From: Savitreella phatthalungensis | Lineage: Eukaryota | Length of the DNA stretch: 64,000 nucleotides | Reading direction: 5' to 3' | Assembly: GCA_051599415.1 (NCBI GenBank) | Contig: AP039696.1 | Location: 186,001-250,000 of the forward strand | Part shown: positions 51,117 through 60,247 of the stretch, piece after piece | Position numbering within the stretch: position 1 is the first letter of the stretch | Layout: each line of letters starts with the position of its first letter | Notes under the pieces: generated by a model | Told to the model about the DNA's origin: nothing | What the model saw: the letters and a program-made list of their open reading frames with translations, nothing else | The model's database searches: none | Program-made: the position numbers and the translations under genes

Positions 51117-54100
51117 TCAGAGCGTAGGTGTTGACTCCTGATCGAGGTCGACAATGTGTTCGTCCCGTGCTGTTTCTTGATTGCTTGCTTCGGTGCGGAG
51201 ATGCGGGTCTTTGCCTGCGACGTGGTCGACAGCTGCCTCTTCCAGGATAGATTCTTTGGAGGGCCTGGTGTTGGCGATGTTGCCCATGATGACGTTGGCG
51301 GTGGTTTGCTTGCCAGGCTCTGGGAGGAGGTACTTGCGAAGCGTCGCGGACAACAAATTCAGGTTCACGGGCTTTGACACGTAGTCCTGCATACCAGCAT
51401 CGATGCACCGCTCCCGGTCGCCTCGGATCGCAGAGGCCGTCATCGCGACAATCGGCAGTGATCGGATGCTGCGGTTCGGGTGCTTGCGAATTCGCCGAGT
51501 CGCATCGTAGCCGTCCATGACGGGCATCTGACAGTCCATGAGAATCAGACTTGGCAGCCGTGACACTTGAGACTCCAGGTAGTCCAAACACTCCTGACCG
51601 TTCTCCCTGATGTCACAACGCAGGCCGATCTTCTCCAGCACTTTCCGTGCAATCTTCTGGTTGATCTTGTTGTCCTCGACCAGGAGCACATTGAAATCTT
51701 GCTCGAACTTGATCAGCTTGGCTGGCTGCAGCTGCTCTAATGCTTTCCGACTTGATTGCTCGAGCGGGAGGATGCATTTGGCAGTACTGCCGTGTCCTGG
51801 CTCTGGGCTCGGCACACTCTCTAGCGTGAGCGCGCCAGACATCAGCTTGACGAGCTGCTTTGCAATCGACAGACCCAAACCTGTGCCGCCAAACTTGCGC
51901 GCAGTGCTGCTGTCAGCCTGGACAAATGGGTTGAACAGCTTCTCTAGCGTTGTCTTTGGAATGCCCAAGCCCGTGTCGATGATCTCGATCTTGACACGCT
52001 CAAATGGGTCGACCTGCCTGCCATTCGTTGCCGGCGGGGGCGACAAGGCACCTCCTGATTGAGGGTCGTTGTCCAACGTCACGCGGAGCGTCACCTTGCC
52101 TTCCTCTGTGAATTTGAGCGCGTTTGCCGTCAGGTTGGTCACGATCTGTCTGATTCTGTTGGAATCGCCTCTGAAGATCATCTGTTCGGGGATCAGGTAT
52201 TCGAGGGAGAATTCGACGTTTTTCGTCTTGTGAGGACCGTGGAGGCAAGAGTTGAAGACATCCTTGATGGCGAGGTAGAGATCGAAGGGGCTGGACTCGA
52301 TGTCCATCTTGCCGACCTCGATCTTGGAGAAGTCGAGGATGTCATTGATGATGACGAGCAGGGCATCTCCCGATCGCTTGATGCTCTCGAGGTAGTCGAG
52401 CGATTCGTCTTCCTTATCTCTTGAGAGGAAGATCTGGCGCTTGTCGTCCGGGTGGAAGGCATCCTTCATCAGCTGTACCATACCGAGAACGCCACCCACA
52501 GGCGTCCGAATCTCGTGACTCATCCGTGCAAGGAAGTCGCTCTTGAATTTGGAGTTTTGCACGGCCACCTCGCGGTCTGTCGCCGCTCTGGCGAGTTGTT
52601 CGTCCTTCAGCCTGTCGTCCGTGACATCGATACAGGTGCAGACGACGGAGGTGATCGCCCCGTTTGCCTGCTTCTGCACCGCCTTGAGTTGCGTCTTCCA
52701 CCAGACACCGTCCTTGTAGAAGATGTCGGTGGACGAGGCGACTTGTCCGGACAGAATGCCACAGAGCTTGTCGTACACCTGCGATGGCAAGAATTGACCG
52801 ACGTCTGAGCCGATGGGAGCATCGCTCCTCAGCGTTCCGTACGGGACAACGTTTTGTCCTGCGAGGACGAGCCAGGTGAGACGCCTTTCAGTGTCGACGA
52901 CAAAGTAGTGGACGTGGGCGAATTGGATCATGCTGTACAGGTGTTCTTTCGCGAGCTTTGCCTGCTCGAGCGCGTCGGAGAGCTGTGTGACGTCTGTGCC
53001 GACTCCGATCCACGCTTCAACCTTGCCACTGTCGTCGACGAGCGCGTTCGCACGCGCTAAATACGTCCGGTAAGTGCCGTCGGCTGCCAGCACACGCTGC
53101 TGGAAGACGTGAGCCGCGCTGGACGAGATCGTCTGCTTCCACATGGCTTTGCAAGGCTCGACGTCGTCCGGATGAAGAAAGTCGTACCAGCCGTGACCGA
53201 GGGATTGCTCTGGCGTGGCCCCAGTGACTCGGTACCAACTCGCATTCAGATAGGTGATCCGGTCTCCTGCGGACATAAACACGATCTGCTGCATCTGATC
53301 TGCGATGTTGGCAAATTTGATGTCCGACTGAGCGAGTGCGCGCTGCTCGGCAACCTTTGCTTTCGTCTTAAGATCCGTGATGTCCTGGGAGAAAGCGATG
53401 CCGCCAACGTGCTCCCCATGAGAGTCGTACAGCGGTAGGCCTGTGAGGTTGTAGTAGTAGTTTCCGAAGAGTACGTCGACACTGCGGGCTGGCTCGCCGT
53501 CGATACTCGCACGGTACAACGGCAGCTCGTTGTAGACGAATTCCGTACCATCTGGATGCATCGCGCCGGCGTACTGTCGCTTTATCCAGTCCGCCAGGCC
53601 ATTCTGCGACTGCTGCTGTGGTCCGAGGGTGTTGAAGGCTTCCTGATTTTGATAGATGTGTCTGCCGTCCTTGGAGACGGCGACGATGAGCATGGGCGCC
53701 ATGTCGAGCATCTTTGTCTGCATCTCCGCCCAGGCTCGCTCTGACTGCATACCAGGCGAGCTGCCACTTTCCGGGGCGGTGACCGGGTAGACAAGTGTTC
53801 CAAGGCGCCAGCACTTGGCCACCGACAGGTAAGTTGCGACGATGGGCGATCGCGCGTCGATAGGGGTGTTGTTGAGGTTGTCGTTTTCGTTTTGGAATAC
53901 ATGGCTGACCTCGAAGAGGATGCGACGGCCGTTGCTCAGCCGAGTATCCACGACACGGTCGGCGAGGGAGAATTGGCGCGAGATGCCTTTTGCCGACAGC
54001 TGGAGTGCATCGTTCGCGTCGTGGCCCAGGAGATCTTCCTGCCGCAGGTCCAGAATCTCCTCTGCTTTCCGCGAGACCACCTGGATCAGCTTGTTCGAGT

Positions 54101-54290
54101 CGAGCATGATGAGCGGCGTTGGTACCCACCGTAGGGATGCATGAGCGCCAAGTAAAGGTTGAACAGGTTGGGCGTTTCCATTGTGGTTAGTCTTTTCGCT
54201 GACGGCATTGCTGTGACTTGTCGTGGAGGCGGCAAGCTGTGCAGCCCTGGCGCTCATGTCAGCAGCAAATGCCGGTCCAGCTTCCCGCAT
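51117..54290 (-). CDS. Hybrid sensor histidine kinase with multiple PAS domains and a receiver domain
   Basis: PAS_3 (YLNASWY..TG...GW..FLHPDD), H-box FLARMSHEIRTP, N/G boxes (NLTANALKFT, DTGLGI, GGTGLGL), receiver LMDCQMPVMDG; first ATG at 54290, frame open to 54533. Confidence 0.94.
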   Translation of the reverse strand: MREAGPAFAADMSARAAQLAASTTSHSNAVSEKTNHNGNAQPVQPLLGAHASLRWVPTPLIMLDSNKLIQVVSRKAEEILDLRQEDLLGHDANDALQLSAKGISRQFSLADRVVDTRLSNGRRILFEVSHVFQNENDNLNNTPIDARSPIVATYLSVAKCWRLGTLVYPVTAPESGSSPGMQSERAWAEMQTKMLDMAPMLIVAVSKDGRHIYQNQEAFNTLGPQQQSQNGLADWIKRQYAGAMHPDGTEFVYNELPLYRASIDGEPARSVDVLFGNYYYNLTGLPLYDSHGEHVGGIAFSQDITDLKTKAKVAEQRALAQSDIKFANIADQMQQIVFMSAGDRITYLNASWYRVTGATPEQSLGHGWYDFLHPDDVEPCKAMWKQTISSSAAHVFQQRVLAADGTYRTYLARANALVDDSGKVEAWIGVGTDVTQLSDALEQAKLAKEHLYSMIQFAHVHYFVVDTERRLTWLVLAGQNVVPYGTLRSDAPIGSDVGQFLPSQVYDKLCGILSGQVASSTDIFYKDGVWWKTQLKAVQKQANGAITSVVCTCIDVTDDRLKDEQLARAATDREVAVQNSKFKSDFLARMSHEIRTPVGGVLGMVQLMKDAFHPDDKRQIFLSRDKEDESLDYLESIKRSGDALLVIINDILDFSKIEVGKMDIESSPFDLYLAIKDVFNSCLHGPHKTKNVEFSLEYLIPEQMIFRGDSNRIRQIVTNLTANALKFTEEGKVTLRVTLDNDPQSGGALSPPPATNGRQVDPFERVKIEIIDTGLGIPKTTLEKLFNPFVQADSSTARKFGGTGLGLSIAKQLVKLMSGALTLESVPSPEPGHGSTAKCILPLEQSSRKALEQLQPAKLIKFEQDFNVLLVEDNKINQKIARKVLEKIGLRCDIRENGQECLDYLESQVSRLPSLILMDCQMPVMDGYDATRRIRKHPNRSIRSLPIVAMTASAIRGDRERCIDAGMQDYVSKPVNLNLLSATLRKYLLPEPGKQTTANVIMGNIANTRPSKESILEEAAVDHVAGKDPHLRTEASNQETARDEHIVDLDQESTPTL

Positions 54291-55340
54291 GTTATCGCGA
54301 CAATTGTCGTTGTGCTGATGCTGGTGCAGATGCTGCCGCTGGGCGGATGTGGTGGAAGTGTTTTCGCTCTGATTGTCGGGAGCGAAAGAGTCTTCGTCTA
54401 GAGGGGGCGAGGGCGTAATCTGTAGCCGGGCAGCTCGTGACGATAAACTCTTTGCCCTTTTCCTTGGGGGCGACTGAGCGAGGGTCCAGGAATCGTTTGA
54501 AGACGCCAGAATGGCGAAGTACGATCTTGTCACGAGCGCTGATGGCCTGACAAGGTTGTATGAGTGAGATTGTCAGGAGAAGGCCTCGTGACTAGGAGGG
54601 TTTGGCCTGTGCGGCCGATCTTGACGTGAGCGAGATGCGAATGTACTAATGCGAGCGAAAGCTTAGCGCCATACTGTGGCAGTCGTATCACAGGATCTGC
54701 TTGTCGAAAGTTCAGAACGAGGGTTGTGCTGGCGACTCTAAGAGAGCGCAAATTGTTTGGCAGGCTCGAATGAAACAAGCAAGGCAGAAATAGCGTGTTG
54801 TTGACAATTGACGAACTTCAGCCTGGCCGTACACAATCTTTGTTCGACACGTCAACCTCTTCGATATAGAATGAAGAAGAGCGATAAGCTAGGGCACTTG
54901 GTAGCCTGCAGATGAATGACTTGTTTGAATGCGCGCAAGGAAGAAGGTGAGGATAGGGGTCCGTTTGAAGGGAAGGTTGAAATGAATGAAGGTTGAGCGG
55001 TTGTCGCTTCCGCGGTTGGTGGTTTGCCTTCTCTTGGGTACTGTCTGTGGTGTATGACAGTATGGTCCTTTGGCTGATGGTAGTGGTCGTGGTCGTGGTG
55101 GTGGTAGTGGTGGTGGTTGCTTGCTTAGGTATATTTAGGGAGAGTGTATTGGGAGTGGTAGCTGAGGAAGGATAGGAAGGATTGCTTGCTTGCTTGCTTG
55201 CTTGGGTACTCTTGCAAACAGGCAGAGTTATCCTGGATCTCAAGGTCCTAGTATCGTCTGAGTGGATTCTTTTGATGGACAGATGAAGAATGTATAGACG
55301 GAGGGATAGATGAATGGATCGATGGATGGTTGGTTGGACA

Positions 55341-55368
55341 GATGGATGGATGGATGGATGGATGGATG
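55341..55368. repeat. (GATG)7 microsatellite
   Basis: Direct reading; nearby (TTGC)n and (GTG)n tracts. Confidence 0.9.
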
Positions 55369-56340
55369 AATGGATGGGGCATACGTACTTGGCAAGGATA
55401 TCTGTCTACTTGATCTACCCACTCACTCCTTTTGGCTTGTCATGCTTTCTCTTGACTGTATTGCTGTGGCTTTTGCGGTCTTGGGCACTGAACAGATAGA
55501 AAGCTTGAAAGAGTCGACAGGTCATCTGAACAAACTCATTGCATGAGGTGGAAATGGACTGTTGATTGCTTGACTACAAGTAGAAAGATTCGATTGTTTG
55601 ACCTAGAGGAGATCGATAGGGAGAGCTACAAATCAACAAAGGCCCTGATGATCATTGTCGTTTTTTCTTGGTTGAGACGGTTTAGGAGGTTGATCTGGCT
55701 GCCACGATACAGCCAGCCAGAAAATTCAAGATCATCAGAAGACGGCTGCTGGTGGAAAAGCCTGAAAGAGCTGGATGGAGCTAGACAAGGTCAAACCACC
55801 TAAACTCTCAAGAAGAAACGCGAAACGCCATGGCTTGTTTTTCCCAGCTCGATTGAATTTGGACGATTTAGACTGGGGGAATTGTCAATAGTCAGATGAA
55901 AGCTGTACAGCACCTAATCAGGTCACCCAGGCGTTTACCACCATTCGATACCAACCCGTTTGACGCCATTCCGTCTTCTTTTTCTTAGCCTCCCCGTCGA
56001 CCACCTTCGCTTGCCACCTTGACGTGTTTAGTCCATCCTGGCTGCCGGACGGTGACGAAACCTGACCCGACGCACGCATTGGAACAAGTCACATTTACAC
56101 CTACATGCATCCATAGTAGGGACAACGACATCTCCCCCCTGGAGTCACCTTCTGTCTATTTGTCTCAGAGGCCGTTCTACAGCGTCACGGTCGTGCTATG
56201 TGAATGAAGGTGCGTAGTGCATTCCCCCCTTTTTCTCTTCCCTAGCTTTGCCTTTGGTGGATTGCCTATGTGATCGACCCTTTTTTTCAATTTGCCATAC
56301 CGACAAATAACACGGTCGGTGTCACAGAATCGAACCCGTC

Positions 56341-56540
56341 ACCCCATCTACCAAGTGCCGAACAAGCGAAGCCATCTGCCAGCTCATTTGACTAGGCCCC
56401 CTCCGACCTGGCCCGTCTCCGAGGCACAGAGAACCAACTCATGAATGATGCCCCACATCCATCATACTAACTCGGAGACGATAGGGGGTAAGCTTGCCGA
56501 CGATCGGCACACACGTGTAAGTGTAGACGAGGGTGGGGCT
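56341..56540. ncRNA. Candidate structured non-coding element (identity unknown)
   Basis: Nested complementary helices read by eye (see findings); expression and strand unknown. Confidence 0.35.
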
Positions 56541-56963
56541 ATTTAGGTGGCTGCCATGTGAGATAGGGAAATCCATCTATTTCTCTTTTTCTTAAATTGG
56601 AGATGAATTTGCATGTGCTATCAGCTGGAGTCAAGGATGGATAATGATAGGCTACCACTTTCTTCTCACCACATACGTCATTGGGACAACGAGGCACGCA
56701 ACACAGCTCCACCCGGCGCAAGAAAATCCTCATTCATGGTAGAAAGGATATCAGATCTAGGTAGGATAGTCTTTGGCTCACCGAATTGCGACCGCCAGAG
56801 CCGGTATCATCCATTCCGTTCACTCATTTCGTTCATTCAGCACATTGTACAGACTTGGTCAGGTAGACTGACCTGTGTTTTCTATCGGCCGTAGAATTTT
56901 CTCCGGGTCCATTGGGTCGGTGCTGCATGCTGCATAGAGACCTTCTCTGTTGTATGTCGCGAT

Positions 56964-58757
56964 TTACTCGGAAGCTTGCCCTGCCTTGGCGTAACGCGCA
57001 ATGGGCATCACCAAACTCGAGTCCCTACCAACACTCCCGCCACCTCCACCTCCACCTCCGTCTACAAGGTCGTGTGTCGGTGCACTGATTGGCGATGAGC
57101 GCGTGTACACGTTGAGGTTGTGTTCTGATGAGGTCGATGAAGGCCTAGGGTAGGACGCTGGTGGACGCGCTGGATCGCGCCGAGAATGTAGCCGTTTGTG
57201 ACGAAGCTCGATGGCTGTGGTGGAAGCGGGTGCTGCGGCGAGTGACGCTTGGCGGCGGGCTTGGAGTTGTGCTCGTGTAACTGGCTCGCGATCTAGCAAG
57301 CTAGAGGTGCGTGAGTGAGTCCGTCCGTAAGAGAAAGTACTGCGGACATCGAGATCATCGTAGTCAGTGGCGTGGATCGAGCGCAGTGCCGTGTCTCCAG
57401 GCAGATTGTGCTCGGATCGCCTGGAGGATGCTAGTTTGGCAGAGACGTTTCTAAGAGATTGCGAAGATCGCAGACCATTCGTAGATGCTATTGTACTTCC
57501 ACCACCACCGCCGCCTCCTCCTGCCGCAACTATACGCCGCGCCGATAAGGAAGCTCGGCCGGAGGCCAGTGATCTCACGTCGTCCTGGATACCTGGGCGC
57601 CAGTACGGCGGCTCTTCGTGAACGTCTGCGCGTCTTGCAGCAGCTAGATTTGCCCGAGAGAGGGCGCGGATATGAGAGTGGGACCGCGGCAGGGACTCAC
57701 CTCGGGAACGTGCTCGGGAGGCGATGCTGGCGAGATCATCGTAACCGCCACCGACGCTGACGCTGCGTGTGGTTGAGCGGGAGATGGGACGAAGGAGATC
57801 TAGAGGATCGTGTACCGCCTCGGTACTCGACTGCATGCTCGACTGCAGCTGCAGACACAGCTCAGCCAGACTCCGACACAGGGTGTCAGCGGACTGCTCG
57901 TACCGACTGCCTACAAGCTCGACTTGGAGGTCTGTTGCGCACTGAATTGTGTTATCTGCAGCTCTGACTAATTGTCGTTGAACTGCAGTCGCAGGATCAA
58001 GCTTGCCACGCGCTCGGGCTAGCAGTCGCGCTGCGGAGGTCGGCGCTGATGCTTTCACATCGCTGGGCCGACGTGGTGTGAGGTCCATGAGGGCGGATGC
58101 CGCAAGGTCACCCCCATTTCCGCTCGACAGCTGTGAGATTGCATTCGGTGATAGATGAAGATTTCTGAGCGGCGAGTTCTCCTGGGATGGAGACTCAAGC
58201 TTGCTCATGCGCTCCTTGAGCTCTTGGAGCTCACGCCAGACATGGTCTCCACCACCTGCAGCGTCGCCTTTCACATTTTGTCGCTCTCGGCTGATCGGTT
58301 TTGATCGAGGTGTTTGATCAACATCATGGATAAGTGCTGTGATGCCCAGTCCTGCTCGACCAATTGTATCACTGTGGTGGCTACTCCGACTGCTGGTGTC
58401 ACGGTTGTCAAAATCTCCATTCGCGGTCTTCCATTCGTCATCGTAGGTCTGCGTAGAGCTTGTGACCGAATTTCCGGAAGGCGATGTCTTCTGCATCAGA
58501 TTTGCCACTGTCTGGTGTCTGGCTACTGAAGGGCTCTGCGATGGAAAGAATGACTGGAGGTTGGTGATGCGAGGTGTGGAAGCTGACCTAGTGAGTGTGC
58601 GGGATGCGTGGGTCTGTTGACGAGCGTCCTCCGATTGATGCTGCCTGAGAGGTGCAAGTCTCGCTGCCTTGTGGTCAAAGGGTGCTTCGTCTGCTTCTGG
58701 ATATGACTGAGAGGAAGCGATGGACTCTTTGGAGGTCCTTCTTCGTACCTGCGCCAT
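56964..58757 (-). CDS. Mto2-like microtubule-organising protein (mostly disordered)
   Basis: VWRELQELKERMSKLE coiled coil and ADTLCRSLAELCLQL motif that I associate with fungal Mto2-like proteins. Confidence 0.55.
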   Translation of the reverse strand: MAQVRRRTSKESIASSQSYPEADEAPFDHKAARLAPLRQHQSEDARQQTHASRTLTRSASTPRITNLQSFFPSQSPSVARHQTVANLMQKTSPSGNSVTSSTQTYDDEWKTANGDFDNRDTSSRSSHHSDTIGRAGLGITALIHDVDQTPRSKPISRERQNVKGDAAGGGDHVWRELQELKERMSKLESPSQENSPLRNLHLSPNAISQLSSGNGGDLAASALMDLTPRRPSDVKASAPTSAARLLARARGKLDPATAVQRQLVRAADNTIQCATDLQVELVGSRYEQSADTLCRSLAELCLQLQSSMQSSTEAVHDPLDLLRPISRSTTRSVSVGGGYDDLASIASRARSRGESLPRSHSHIRALSRANLAAARRADVHEEPPYWRPGIQDDVRSLASGRASLSARRIVAAGGGGGGGGSTIASTNGLRSSQSLRNVSAKLASSRRSEHNLPGDTALRSIHATDYDDLDVRSTFSYGRTHSRTSSLLDREPVTRAQLQARRQASLAAAPASTTAIELRHKRLHSRRDPARPPASYPRPSSTSSEHNLNVYTRSSPISAPTHDLVDGGGGGGGGSVGRDSSLVMPIARYAKAGQASE

Positions 58758-59146
58758 TATTCGAGCGAGGTAGAGAGGAAGATGGGAATGAGGTGCAGAA
58801 CCTTGGACTACTTGCCGCGCATCAGTTTGCTTGCTCTGAATCGCCCGTCTGTGCGGGAATTAAATGGTGCTACAGCCGGTCTGATGTCGGAGGCGTAAGC
58901 GCGTTTTAGGACGTGGAGTTTAGTGTCGCGTTCAGCAGGCCTGAGCGAAGGAATTTGGATGGGTGTTTGGTGATTGACTCGGAGGTCAATGAGGTCTGTG
59001 AGCTATGAGATGCTGACGACTAGCATTGATGCTTCTGCTGTCTGTAAAGTTCAGCTCAACGCTCTGACCATACGGTGGGGTCTATGGAGATGAGTGTAGT
59101 ATAGAGATAGTATAGAGAGGCTGTTCACGTGTGTTTTACTGTCTGA

Positions 59147-59166
59147 TCAATCAATCAATCAATCAA
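59147..59166. repeat. (TCAA)5 microsatellite
   Basis: Direct reading. Confidence 0.85.
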
Positions 59167-60247
59167 GCAATCAATCAGTTTTCTATTAAGCAGACAGATG
59201 TAAAGGTTGAATATCGCGTCGCGAGTTGAGCAAATAGTTCAGTTATACTGATCACTCTACTCACTGATCATTCATGATCGATCATTCATTCGATCGCTCA
59301 CTTACTCAATAACACAATTACTCACTAACGTTATTCCATACTTACCTACTATGCATATATATTTAATTAATATTGAATAATTCAGAGATGAACTGACTCT
59401 ACACCACATGGAGCATGCATGGACACGTGTGCTCAGTGTTGAGTATGCAGCTAGTAGCAGCTATAGTGGCACCGTCACTCTACACTATCCAGACACACTC
59501 CGATCAGTCTTGTTCTTGCGCTCGCATAGCCTCTAGTCTCTCAAGACTGTGCTCTCATTGTCGTTGAGCATTCATTTCGGACAATGCTGGCGAATTGCCG
59601 ACTCTTCAAGCTCTACTGCTGTGTGGCCGTAGCTCATCATCCAGGCTGTTGATGGATGACTGATCAAATCATACACTGCAGGCTTCATACTCAACTGTAC
59701 CTGTTCAAAGCTGTCACATCTTTCTCACAGGAGCTGTGTATCCCATTCAGTCATTCCTGCACTCATCCAAGCGCTCACTCATCCACTGGCTCGAACAGAG
59801 TCAAAGGATCTCGGCTGTTCCGCTGGAGCTTAAATCGTTCACAACTACTGCTACTCCTTACTATCACTGTAAACTTCCACTCGAAGTCTATCAGCGCTGA
59901 AGCAGAATCCTTTTGAATTCGGAATTGCCCGTCCCAAGCTCCATCGGCATTGTCCAGCTAGCTTGAGCAAGGGCTTTTGAACTGCCGCTGATTTCCAAGC
60001 TGGGCTTTCAATGCTGACCTTCCACGGCTTAAATTACTTAGTTTACCGGCTCCACTAGAATCCGGGGCACAGTCAACCACTCCAACCCCCGATGACTACT
60101 CTGACCTTCGTGCACGGGATAGTAACCAAATACAAAATCTCAGACTCTCGCTTCCAGTCGGCATACTCTCTGTGTAGGGCAGCAGCTGGGCAGTTCTAAT
60201 AGAGTCAGGAGTCTCCTTTTCGACATTCTCCTCCCTACGTCCAAGTC

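Noticed and set aside
56318..56400. Minus-strand GGTTCGATTC (tRNA T-loop/B-box-like)
   Set aside because: No cloverleaf or acceptor stem could be built
59338..59347. ATACTTACCT identical to the U1 snRNA 5' end
   Set aside because: Followed by AT-rich sequence with no U1 stem-loops or Sm site
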